Below are positions 1 through 11,010 of a stretch of 64,000 bases of DNA, in pieces. Position 1 is the first letter of the stretch, and the number at the start of each line of letters is the position of its first letter. Under the pieces are notes generated by a model. The model ran no database searches and was not told where the DNA came from. It saw only the letters and a program-made list of their open reading frames with translations. Source of the stretch: Mesotaenium endlicherianum (Eukaryota); the NCBI GenBank assembly GCA_009602735.1, contig WELA01003517.1, positions 513,950-577,949 of the forward strand, read 5' to 3'. The position numbers and the translations under genes were made by a program.

Positions 1-300
1 AGGGCTGCTCGGGAGATAGCCAGAGGCCTGCCAGCATCTCCCTCGCAGAGAGGGCATGTACCCTTGGCTCATGTCATGCAACATCCTTCTGGAATGCCGG
101 TATACGTACCTGTCAGTTTGAGGGCTGCCCAGGAGAAGGCTGCCTCCCTCCAGACTGTGCAGGAGGAAACAGCCCAGCTACTGCGTTCTCCGCGGGGTCC
201 TTACACGGAACCTCCCTCTCTTACAGGCTTCAGAAGACCCCAAGACAGGAGGAGGTCTGGCTCCCCTGAGCGTAGGGCCTCAGGGACATCTCCCTTCTAA
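1..300 (+). CDS. 3' end of the accessory (post-pol) ORF of a chromovirus-type LTR element, running in from outside the window
   Basis: Frame +1 is open from base 1 (RAAREIARGLPASPSQRGHVPLAHVMQHPSGMPVYV...SPRGP...GTSPF*). It aligns by eye with ARGMSASPFAQGHVPLANVFQHPTRMPVYV...SPRGP...GTTP* at 12452-12760 (-) and sits in the same position just before the PPT and 3' LTR. Confidence 0.7.
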   Translation, partial: RAAREIARGLPASPSQRGHVPLAHVMQHPSGMPVYVPVSLRAAQEKAASLQTVQEETAQLLRSPRGPYTEPPSLTGFRRPQDRRRSGSPERRASGTSPF

Positions 301-372
301 TGGCAGTAGGCTCGGGACAAAAGGGACAGCACGCTGTTATTAATGTTAGTGTTGTCGAGGCGACAACATGAT

Positions 373-385
373 AAGTTGGAGGGAT
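373..385 (+). other. Polypurine tract (PPT)
   Basis: AAGTTGGAGGGAT directly abuts the TG start of the LTR at 386. The same tract abuts the 3' LTR of the second copy (12340-12352, minus strand). Confidence 0.85.
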
Positions 386-1106
386 TGTAATGAATCAGTA
401 TATTGGTTGACATAATATTCATGTAAATAATATAATTAAATAAGTTCAGCCTGCTGAACTCTAGTTAATGATCAATCTGCTGGACTTTATATTTAATATC
501 AGTTTAATGACTCGGCCGGAAGCAACAGGCTGATGACAGCTTAAGTCAGCTTGCTGACACATTCTTTGACAGCCAGCTGACTTCCGTACTCGGTAGCAGC
601 GAACTGCCTCGATATGCATCTAAGTGTGGTATGCTAGATGAATGGCCAGATGACATCTCTATGATGGATGGCGATTCGGGATGATGGGAGTTGGCGGTGG
701 ATTTGGTTAACCGAGGTCCTACCAACGTGGTTAACTCCCGAGTAGGCGGTGCCATTGCACTGACCGTTGAACAGTAAACTCATTCCATGTACATATGCTA
801 AGTATTGCTCTCGAGTTCGGCATTCGGGAACGAGGCCAACTCTCTTGTACAGCCTACTGAGAGAGGTTTGAATCCGAGGCGAGAAGCCATTGATACGCAC
901 GGTCTTCTAACCTTGCTTATGTATGAGTTTCCTGATTTGCATTATTGATGCTAGTTTACTCGCATTTGACTTACGAGTATTATTCACTGGTAGTGTGTTG
1001 TCCTTTGCCGTTTAAACAGTTAACGGAAAATACCATCAAGATTACTTGTTGATATAAACATTTTTATTAATTGTTAATCGCCTATTTGGTAAGTCGATTC
1101 ATTTCA
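386..1106 (+). mobile_element. 3' LTR of a Ty3/Gypsy (chromovirus-type) element, family A
   Basis: Termini are TGTAATGAATC...GATTCATTTCA with an upstream PPT. It is a reverse-complement homolog of 11620-12339, 16760-17473 and 42068-42780, and is followed by ACTGC (expected TSD). Confidence 0.92.
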
Positions 1107-1616
1107 ACTGCGCCGTGCATCCAGCAATGCCGTTAGCTGAGCAGCCTGTGCCCTAGTGAGAGTCCCCCCCAGTTTCCAAGTAGGGACAGCTGATGGTGGC
1201 TCCTGCGCTGCGGCTGGCGCCTCCTGCCCTGCTGCTTGCGTGATCTGTGGGTCTGCAAGCGTCACCTGTCTTGCAACTGGCTGCACTCGGCCTGCCTCGG
1301 GTACCCTCTCCTTGGCAGCTGCTGCCATCTGCCCTGCACCACCTGTAGGCGGCGGAGAGCGTGGAAAAAGAAACGGGGAACAAAACTCCCTGTGTGAGGA
1401 CTCCTGTCTCCTCGTGCCCCCCCCCAGCAAACCAGAACGAGGACCATGACGAGGCGCAGGCGGCTGCTGGGAAGCTGGGCCCTCACGCTGGGAATGCCAT
1501 GTCGTACCAGGCGGGGCGCGGCCGTCGCCGTCGAAATCTCGATGCATGGCGTCAAAGGACTGGTTCATCTCAGGATGACGAGCCTGGGCGTAGAGGGGAG
1601 TCAGGGCCTGTGTCTG

Positions 1617-2566
1617 CAGGAGAAGCCACGTCAATACGTTTGCATCGATAGTCTGGCCAAGGAGACGCACGCAGTTGACCTCGGTGATGCCGTCCACCTG
1701 TGTGAGGTGCGGAGGGAAGCCCACGCACGCTCCATCTCCACGGCACGAGGTCGTTGGAACATGCCAGTCTTGAGGTTGATGATCATGCCGCGTTGGTCGC
1801 CCATGTAGGCCGCGCTGTCGTAGCGACTCACGAACGTAGGAAGCGCCCGCGTGACGTCGCGGAGGACCTTACACTGGGCCTGAGAAGGATGCGGAAGGGC
1901 GACCACGCGCTGGGCCAGGCGCGCCACGTCGAGGATGGAGTCAACGTTGCGCGTGTGGCGTCGGTGTGCGGCCGCTAATGCCTCAAGCGTGCCTGGCATG
2001 GCCACGTGGGTGAAGTAGGCGCGCACACGATGCGCGAGGGAACTAATCTGAGCTGCGTCAATGACGGCCTCACGACCGACGTAGCTGCTGCAGAGGGAAA
2101 AGTCGGCGCTGACGTTGGGCCGAGAATCGTGGCGGACAGCCACGTTCTCCGACACCCTGGCGAGCGTGTGCGGCGGCTGGCGGTCCTCAACCATGTTGAG
2201 GACGCGGAGTAGGTGCCAGAACAAGGCCGTACGCGGGTCACCAAGCCCGTTGCCCCGTCCCGCAATGGAGAAACACTGGCACTTTCAGCCAGCAATGATG
2301 AGGTCGATGGGCCCGAGGCGCGTGATGTGCTTGGCGGTAATGTCGCGGATGTCCATGGGCCAGTCAATCTGAGCGCGGTAGAAGGCATGCTCAGGGAAGA
2401 GGATTGGAAAACGCTCGTGGCATAAAGCCATCTGCCTGCGGGCGACCTGCTGCGCCTCGCCATCGGGGTCCACGTAGACGTACCAACGTACAGGGATGCC
2501 AGCCTGTAGGGTGGCCAACAACCCTGTCGCAATGCCAACGAAGAGCTCGACAAGGACAATGCCGCC
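1617..2566 (-). pseudogene. C5 cytosine-specific DNA methyltransferase domain embedded in the retrotransposon polyprotein
   Basis: Motifs occur in canonical order: I LVELFVGIATG; II YVYVD; III DIRDIT; IV IDLIIAG*KCQCFSIAG (TGA at 2285-2287 where W is expected); V DPRTALF; VI ENV; VIII AHRVRAYFT; IX EMERA/MGFP (1-nt frameshift near 1724); X RLLGQTIDANVL. Confidence 0.9.
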
Positions 2567-4636
2567 GGGACGCTCGTTGAGCTGTGCGATGTAGATAGGC
2601 GTAGGAAGGGGGCGACAACCCAGGGCGGGATCGCCGGCCTGCGCTGGCGGTGGATAGGAGCGCAGCAGACTGTGCTGATGGGGCGCCATGCGGAGGGCCG
2701 CCGCTGCGAGCTCTGCGTAGTGGCGAGTAAGTTGAGGAATGCGCTCGAGCAGCGGCTGCGGGCGAGCCGTGCAAGAATGTGCCTGATAAGTGCGCCAGCG
2801 CGCACGCGCGTCCTGCAAGGCCTCCTCGGGCACTGGGCGGGCCAGAGCCTGAGCGTCGCGCACGCGCTGCTGCTGCCACCGGTCCCTCGTCCTGTAGTCT
2901 GCGTGGTGTGAAGTGGCGTGGGTCAGCTGCTCTGTGGCGGTGCGCTGGGGCAGCTGGGAATGCTGATCAAAGTACGAACGCTGACGCTCGCGAAGATCCG
3001 CCTGAAGGGGCACTGTGCAGACGGAGCGCTCGTCCCAATGTGCTGCCTGTCGAGGACGGACGAGCTGACGTGGGGCGAGTTGGACTCGCGGGCGTAGCGG
3101 CAAAAGAGATGGGAGTCGGACGCGCTCCCGCTGGCTGCGCTGCATGGGCCCTGCGCGTGTTGCGTGCGGATGAGGATGACGGTCGCGGAGGCGCGCAGCG
3201 GTGCGGGCCACCTTATGAGGAGGTGACCCAGACGGCCCGTCGCCGGCTATGTGACTGCGCGGGACGTCGGCAGGCCAGCCAGGCGGCGTTTGGTATAATG
3301 CGTGAGCTCCAGTGGTGGAGGAAGACTAAGCGTCATGCTCTCGGGTGCGGAGATTGCGCGGACCGTCATACGGCGGTGTGACTAAGCGCGGGCGCGTCTC
3401 GCGCAAAGGAGTGACCTCTCTCCCCTCGCGAAGAGGAGTGACCTCTCGTGCGTCCTTGGGAGTGTCGCGCAGAGGCGTTCCTCACGGGCAGCCCTGGTAT
3501 GCTCGCGGATCGGAGTGACCTCGCGTGCACGCCGATCTAGGGGCAGAGTGCGGCGTGCGAAGCGTAGAGCTGGCCCGGCATAGGGGGAAGGACCTGTACG
3601 CCGAGGACCGAGGATGCTGATCATGGCCACTGTCTGGTGCGCACATCCGGCACGCGGGTCGATAGCGGAGAAAGGAACCGTGGAGGCAGTGCTGGCGGAG
3701 GCGCGACCTGGCCAGCCTGTGCTCAGGCTGTTGCCAGCGAACAAGTGCGTGACGTCACGGCACTCGTTGCTCGTCAAACAATCGTGCTGTATCGGACGAC
3801 TAGGCCTGCCGGCGCATGGATGGGCTCGACAGGGATTGGCCGTGGTCTCGTGTGAGAGAGAACTGAAGCCGAGAGGCCCTATAGGGTGGCGTTGAACGCG
3901 AGCTGTAGGCGTGGGCGGCGGTGGCTCTGCCCACGACTGGGCTGCGGGCTCCTCTGCGGCCTCCTGGGACCACTCCTGCCACTCCTCCTCCTCGCTGCTC
4001 AATGACGCGTCGTCGGACCTGCCTGGGAACGCAGCCTGCCTCATGGCCTCGTCCTCAGACGTGGTAGTGCGTGGCCATGAGTGGCCTGTCCTGTGCGACA
4101 GTGAGGGTGAGGGCAACTGTGAGGCCATGCGATATTGAAAGGCGACCCCCACAGGCACGTCATGCCGTACGCGGACGTGTGATCTCGAGGAGGGTTTGCT
4201 CGTCGCAAGAGGCAGTGGTTGAGGTATGGCTGCTGCGGCTGTGGCTGCGTCATGAGCGTGAGCTGCAGCAGTAAGAGCAGCCGTGGCAACGGCGTGTGCC
4301 TCTACGGCGTCTGCCGCCATCTGATGCACCATGGCGTTATGCGCGGCGTAGATCCGCACTGTCTCCCTAGCTTGTGCGGCCAGAGCGTCAGCCTGCTCCT
4401 GGGGCGTGAGGTGGAGCTCGGCACCAGACAGCTCGGGATCCTCCTCCTGCGTCTCCAGTAAGTCGGCGTCGACGGAGACCTCGTCATCCTTGGCTCCCCC
4501 CTTATTGGTCTGAACCACAGACCGACCGTCGTCCAGCGCCATGAAGCCGTAGAGGGCGGACTCAGCTGAGCGACGATCCAAGATGTCAAGTGGCACAGAT
4601 GCAGTGTGGGTCCCCCCCTGACTGCCAGTCAGATCG

Positions 4637-4995
4637 TTAGAAGACCCGCTCCACCCAGTTATCCACTGCGGCGCCGATAGGAAAGAGAATGACCTGGCCA
4701 AGGAGCACGTCGAAGGTCTCGGAGCGAGTGACCAACGCATGCCGGTGGATGGTCGTCTCATCCGGAGTGCCGGGCCAAAAGGTGAGGCGAAGGGCCAGCC
4801 GCGTGCGCCCGGTGACGGTCTCGGACGTGCCGGTAGCGGTGTTGATCCGCGTAGGCAAATCCTCTAGGTCGGCTGATGAGAGGCCCACCTGGCGAAAGTA
4901 GCGCAGGCTGATGAGGACTGGCTGGGCGCTAGTGTCAAACATGATGCGCTGCGGGGCCTGCGTGTTGACCAGCACGATGCCCTGCGAATTATCCA
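4637..4995 (-). pseudogene. Retropepsin-like aspartic protease of the DNMT-bearing element
   Basis: RIMFDTSAQPVLIS (D codon 4934-4936, a DTG-like motif), a flap-like INTATG, and a C-terminal FDVLLG motif. Confidence 0.75.
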
Positions 4996-5540
4996 AAAAC
5001 GCAGCGTTAGGCGTACTGATCCGTCTGCGCTCATGCGCAGGTCGCGCGGGTGCAGAGAGCACCGCGGCTGCCGCGTCTGACGTTGGCCTGCTGTCAGAGG
5101 CCTGCTGGCTGGCCCTGCGCGACTGAAGCAGTAGCTGGGTTGCCTGCCGTGTGGCTTCCATCGACACGCCGAGCTCCGCGAAGGAGACTGCGGGCATGCG
5201 GTGAAGCGCCAGCGAGATGACCTCGGCGCTGAGCTGCACCGTTGTCATCGGCGAGGCCATCGCGTGAGGCGCGAAGGCTGCTGGCGCTGCTGGCGTGTCC
5301 AGCACGCGGAACGAGCGGGGCAGACGCGGCGCGTCCTCCGTGCGATGCCCTTCATCCGGCTCGGCGCGCTTCTGTGCCACCGCTGGGCGTCCGGTTGCCA
5401 CCGAAGCGTGCTTGCGCCGTGCGCTGCCGTCTGCTGTGCGGCCTCCAAGTGGCACTGTGCGTGCGCAGCAGACCAGAATGGGGCCGCACGCGGCTGTAAC
5501 AGCAGGCGCAGCCGCTTGGACAGCCAGTACACGAGCGGAT

Positions 5541-5650
5541 GCACACCTGGCACTGGCGTACCTGGTGCTGGTGCTCCCAGCGCGGATGCACGTGGCGCTG
5601 GCGCACCTGGCGCTGGCGCGTTCGGCGCAGGCGCACCTGGCGCTAGCGTC
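5541..5650 (-). repeat. Degenerate 15-bp tandem repeat encoding (PGAPA)n
   Basis: Repeated gcacctggcgctggc-like units translate as APGAPAPNAPAPGAPAPRASALGAPAPGTPVPG. Confidence 0.75.
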
Positions 5651-6029
5651 GTGGGGGTAGCGAGAGCGAGTGCGGCCGCTCTTGAGCATGCCTGCGCAGT
5701 CGCCTGGCATGCTGACTCAGCCGTCGCTGCTGGCGCTGCCTCGGCAATCGGAAGGCCGCCAGGTGGCGCTGGCCCACCTGGTACTGGCACCGTGAGATGC
5801 GCTGGCTTGGGTCCTCCTGCAGCTGGCGCCTCGGCAAACGCTGGTGCCTCCGTTGGGGCGGCTGTGAATGCCAGCGCCGCTTTGGCCGCAGGCGCTTCGG
5901 CTACTGGCACTAACGCCGAGGCTGGCGCAAGCTTGGCTGCTGGCAGCCTGACAAGTGGCGCTTTGAGGGGCGCCCTCCAGGTAGCGCGTGCGCTCGCCGG
6001 GACCCTTGCTACGCTTATCGCGCAGTCCC

Positions 6030-6770
6030 AAGGGTTTTGTGCGCAGCCAGAGTTTAAGCCCTGGCTGTACGCAGCCGTGTGCGTGCTGTCGCAGCTCCGA
6101 ATGGAGATGCAACCGCACAGCGCGATCGGGAGATGTCGCTCCTTGACTCGGGATGACAGTCGCGGCCGCCAGATATGCGCTGGGTGGGTCGGACTTTGTG
6201 CGCGTGCCAAATGGCGGCATGTGTGCGCAGCTGCTGTACGCAGCAGCTGACGTGGCTGTCGTGAGGTGGTCACGTGGCTGGCTACTGAGTGAGCCTTGCA
6301 GTGCGGTGCGCGGCGTGTGCGGGCGTGTGCAGCCATACGCAGCTGTGTAGCTGACGTCAGGCAAAGTCTCGCCAGCTGCGCACGCGTCAGGTGCGGCGGC
6401 TGCTGGCGCGGCTGCCAGGACTCGCGCAGGTGTGTTCGCTGGGGGGCTGCCAAGTGGCGCCTCCCAATTGCTCCTGGGGTTGCGGGGGCTGGTGTCCGGT
6501 CCAACATCCAGGTCGATGTTGGCTGCCTCGGACGCCGCTCGCGACGCCCTCCCCCCGATGCGTGCGTACGTCGAAGCCCCCGTAGCGCAAATTGCGTCAG
6601 CGCGAGAGTTTTGTGCGCAGCCAGGGTTTAAGCCCTGGCTTTGCACAGCCGTGAGCGTGCCGTCGGCGCTCCGCATGGCAATTTGGCCGCACAGCGCAAT
6701 CAAGGATGTCCCCTCCTGACTGGGAATGGCGATCGCGGCCGTCGAATCTGCGCTGGCCGTGCCGGACTGC
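6030..6770 (-). repeat. Two diverged copies (~6030-6200 and ~6608-6770) of a ~55-codon module in the Gag-protease linker
   Basis: ttttgtgcgcagccag(a/g)gtttaagccctggct...ccgcacagcgc is present twice. The translations are IALCGQIAMRSADGTLTAVQSQGLNPGCAQN and IALCGCISIRSCDSTHTAAYSQGLNSGCAQN. Confidence 0.8.
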
Positions 6771-7486
6771 GTGCGCGCGCCACGTGGAAGGACGTGTGCA
6801 CCGCTGGCATGCGCAGCTGCTGCTGTGGCTGTCGAGTTGCAATCGTGTAGCTGGCTGCCCGGCAAGCCTCGCGTCGCCGTGTGAGGTGTGAGCAGACGCG
6901 TGAGAGCGCGAGTGTGCGCGTGGCTGCCGACAAGAGCGGCCTGGCCTGCCGGACACGCGGCAAGTGTCGGCGCCTGCTGGACCCTGCTGCTTGCAGCAGC
7001 CAACAGGGTGAGACCCTCCTGGTGTTGCCGGCTGGTGCACAGATCTACGCACGGAAGGGCAACGCGTACGGCAAGGGCCGCGGCAGCCGTGTGTGCTGCA
7101 GACGTGTCACTCAGCTGGCGAGCGCGCCCTGTCGCGACAGCTGTCGATACGCAGACTGCCGGCAGCACTGCTGGCGTCAGCAGGGCGGCGCAGACGAGAG
7201 GGGCTGCCGAAGCCTGCGGCTGTGCTGGCGTGGGTGCCGGACCGTCTAGGGGCGCGTCGGGAGCTGCAGCGTTTGTGACGCCGGGTAGCAGGACCGCATG
7301 AGCCTGCAGCCTGCCATCTATCAGCCCGACCGGACGAGTGCAGCGGCTGCTGACGGACATCAGCACAGAGTGCGCAGGTCTGGCAGAAGCGTCTGCACAG
7401 ACGCCTGCAGCGCTGGTCGCCGTAGCTCTGTCGTGGGGCGGGCGCGTGCGAGGCTGCAGCGCTGCTATAGCGCCAGGTGCCAGCCT

Positions 7487-8931
7487 CTAGGGCTGCCACG
7501 TATAGGCGTCATGAAAGTGCGCAGGAGCTGCAAAGACGCCAGCTGTCGGAGCTGAAGCGTTGGACTGCAGGACGCGTGCGAAGAGGGCTCCGCACGCGTC
7601 GTAACTGTCGGTGGCGACGAGACCGCGGAGTCTGGCGATGTCTGCGTTGGCCTCTACGAGGGCGTCACTGACGTCGTCGAAACTGTAGTAAACGGCTCCA
7701 GGGGTCAGCGCGGCGTCCATTGTAGCCGAGGCTGCCGTCATCGAGGGGCGTCCACCCGTGCAAGGGTTACGCCTGCCCCAAAGTCCTGCTGCTGGCGCAG
7801 GGCAGTCACGAGCACGTTTGTTCTCGACGTCGCGCTTCTTCTGCAGGCATACGATTTGCAAGTGGCCGGCCTTGCCACAGTAGGTGCAGTCACCGGGCTT
7901 GCCATTCTGCGCAATAGTGCAGTTCTGGCGAGCGTGGCCCGTCTTCCCGCAAGACCAACAGGGGTCGCTCGTCGTGGCGGCCATGGAAATGCGGCCACGC
8001 GGAGCCCCGCGCTGCTGGGTCTGCTGGGACAGCTGAGAGCGCTGGGGTTGCTGCTGCTGCTGGGGCTGGCGAGCCGGAGTCGGGCGCATCGTTGTGGATG
8101 GCAGCACCGAAGACTCCTGGCGTACGCCCGTGGATGCGAGGCCTACACGGTCGCTAATGTTGCTCCGTGCGGCGGCCAAGCTCTGCTTCTCGACTGAGAG
8201 GTAAGCGTCCTCCAGCGAGTACGCGGAGCCGATGTGGTAGATGAGAGGAGCCATGGCTGGCTCTCTCAAACGTGGCTCTACGGCGCGCAAGAAGATCTCC
8301 GCTGCCTCCCGGTCAGTGACGGTGCCAATGTCTCGGCGAAGGTGCGTCAAGCGGCGGTACATCATGCGGATTGTCTTGTTCTTGCGGCGGAAGAAGTGGT
8401 GCAGCTCGTACACCTTCTCTTTGGTCGCGGCCTGGAACTCCTTCCTGAGGACGTCCCAAAAGGCCTTGACCGGATCAGCGAGGAGGGTCTCCACTGGGGG
8501 TTCCCCCACAGGCTCTGTGCGTGCGTAGATTTCGTCGCCCTTCTCACGGAATGTGTCACGGGCCTCGTAGAGGAGATAGCGCATGAGCGTAAAGAACACG
8601 TCGCGCTTAGTAAGCGTGGGCGTCTTAAGCCACGCGGTCACGAACTCAGCCTCGAACTCTGAGATGGTGTCGTCCACATCACAGGTTCCTGGTCTGCCGC
8701 TGAAGCGGAAGAGGGAGGACCTGTCAGCCTTGACCTCGTGGTCACCTGCCATGGGATACCAGGAATCGTGGTGAGCCCGACGAGATTCGGCTCAGGGACA
8801 ATCACAGAAAGCACGAGTGCCAACTGCTCCCCTTCAGAGGGTTCAGTGACAATACTGAGATCGGAGTCTGAGTCTTCTCCACTAACCCCTTTGTAGTAAG
8901 GCTGGTAAGCACGCCCACTACGGGTAGGCAT
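7487..8931 (-). pseudogene. Retrotransposon Gag with two CCHC zinc knuckles
   Basis: CWSCGKTGHARQNC and CTYCGKAGHLQIVC follow a helical Gag-like region. The probable N-terminus MPTRSGRAY at 8931 is in a different frame (frameshift near 8760). Confidence 0.85.
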
Positions 8932-10514
8932 ACGCTGAAGATTCTAATTGCGTGCAGGCAAAGAGAGATCTTTTTAGAAGTAAGGAGTGTGTACTCTCCA
9001 GAGTGAGCACCTCAAGACTGTAATCTGGTAGGAAAACAACTAATGAAGTCTGGCCCAAAAGATCACTGGAAGCACATCATGATCTTCAAGAGTAGTCCTA
9101 TGGCAGGGGGTATGAGCTGTGACTTTGCTCACCGCTTGTGAAGTTCTTCTAGTGATTGGAAGCCAGAAAGGCTTGCTCTACACAAGAGAGGGACAAAGTG
9201 GTCCTGAAAACACAAGAGATAAAAGTGTAAGCTTTACTGATAATCTCTGTGACTTACAACTGGCATAATGGGACTTCTGAAAAGATGTTCCTCTAGGGAC
9301 ATCTCTAGCACTTATACTCCTGAAAACCCGGCGTCGTATGCGGCGGATCCAATGCATGTAGTCACTCTAGGAGGCTCTCCTATGTCCACTAATGTGTACA
9401 AGGCATGTACTAGCACTCCTGTAGGCTAAGCATAACTCAAACCAATCAAAGCAAAGCACGTAGAATATGCTGAGTGTCTCTCATTGGTGGAGCTTACCTT
9501 GGGTAGTTCTACCTAGATAGCGCCTCAAAAGTGACTCTGAAACTTGAAGAAGCTTCTTCTAGGAGTAGGTGATGCAGTCACCAAGTTATAGCCTCAATGA
9601 TGCACTTATATTGTAGAAACGCAAGACTTATGTAGTCTAAAGGGCTCGCGGATTTGTGCGCACAAAGCTAGGGGTCCTTGGGGTCACCAATAGTCAACAT
9701 TGTCACCTTGGGGTGCATTGAGTCACATGTTGGCCATTTGGTGTGATTCCGCTAGGTGTCGAAAGGAGTGCGGACTAGATCGCGTCTATCTCGCTCGATA
9801 ATTAACCAAATGACGCGAGACCGGTGCCATTCGGAAGATGCTTCGATGCGCTACACTTTGGTGACTTGGAGATCTAGAGAAGTTCAACATATGGATGCGT
9901 GAAGTCAATGCAAAGTTGGTCTTCCTAGGTTGATGGTTCACACACGTAGAACTTGGTTTTTTACGTCAACCTCGACTTAATACATCATGACATCTGTGTA
10001 AAATCATTGCAATCGTTATGTTCTTGTTTTTAGTGCTTTGATTTTTATTGCGTAGTGAAAGTACGCATAATGGTACTGAGGGTGGAGTCCGATAAATTCT
10101 GACGCGTATGTCAATCATTTTTGACTCCACACGAGTTGCTTTGGAGAAAGATCTGGAGGCGTTATGTTTGAAAGAATCTGAATCGACCTCTTTAGGTCCA
10201 CTCCAAAAAGTTCAATTGAGTTTCTTCCAATCTAATTTTGAAATGTACACTCCACAAACTGTGGAGGAAATTCCTAGAAGTCACTGTAAAATGACATTTT
10301 GATACACAAAATACATAAATTAAGTTTGGAATGGAAAATGAAAACTTTTTACTACAAGCTTGATTCACATTTGTCCCTTAAGAAATCGACACATAACAAA
10401 ACCCATAAACCCTAGCTCTTCATTGCACCGTAGGAAAGTAGTGAGCAAAATTCTAGCCTCCAGGTCTTACGCTTGACTGCATGCGTTTGATTTGCTTTGT
10501 TAGCACAATACGCG

Positions 10515-11010
10515 TGTAATGAATCAGTTCATTGTTTATTTAATTAATTGTATGTGCACATATATCATTCGCTAGATAGTAAGTCAATATACTCACATGT
10601 GCGAGTTCATCAAAATGAATATGTATCGATATAATGCGAGTTTACTTACTTTGTCGAAAAGGTCAGCAGGATGACTTTTATATCATTGTAGTTTGCTGAC
10701 TTCGTCAAAAAGGTCAGCAGGGTAACATTTTGTATCAAAGTATAGTTGGCTGAGATTATCTGTATATATAGGACATAATATATCAGTAGGTCCATGTGTA
10801 GTAAAGCTCGTATAATAATAGACAGTATACTTGGATTCAGTACGCTGAGGTTAGATATATACATTTAGATGATTATTTGTAAATTAGCACATGTGACCGT
10901 AGTGTACTGAAAGTTGGGAGGTCCACTGAGATTTGGTAAACCGATGTCCTACCAGTGTGGTCAACTCTTGGGTAGGCAGACCCGTCGTCAGTCAACTGAA
11001 CAGTTAGGAC
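10515..11010 (+). mobile_element. Fragment of a related LTR (family B); right end not located
   Basis: It starts TGTAATGAATCAG like family A. Bases 10916-11010 resemble 686-780 of the family A LTR, and there is an internal ~55-bp tandem duplication at ~10645-10755. Confidence 0.6.

Larger units (their letters stand above)
1107..8931 (-). mobile_element. Degenerate Ty3/Gypsy-type polyprotein: Gag, linker, protease, linker, C5 DNA methyltransferase, pre-RT region; interrupted at 1106 by a nested LTR element
   Basis: Collinear minus-strand ORF pieces (8931-8638, 8752-7487, 7366-5717, 6507-5245, 5710-4637, 4761-3382, 3211-2285, 2224-1631, 1724-1104) are joined by stops and frameshifts. They contain CCHC knuckles, a retropepsin motif and DNMT motifs, and end in WKLGGTLTRAQAAQLTALL, typical of the segment before Ty3/Gypsy RT. 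Confidence 0.85.

Noticed and set aside
520..575. CTGATGA in the LTR, suggesting a hammerhead ribozyme (retrozyme)
   Set aside because: No GAAA follows the putative stem II, and no stem I/III arrangement was found.
546..900. Short ORFs recurring four times (MAPPTRELTTLVGP..., MRINGFSP...)
   Set aside because: They recur only because they lie inside LTR copies. Their stops and starts differ between copies.
1150..8700. Many overlapping plus-strand and alternate-frame ORFs
   Set aside because: These are shadow ORFs of GC-rich sequence. The domain motifs are all on the minus-strand polyprotein.
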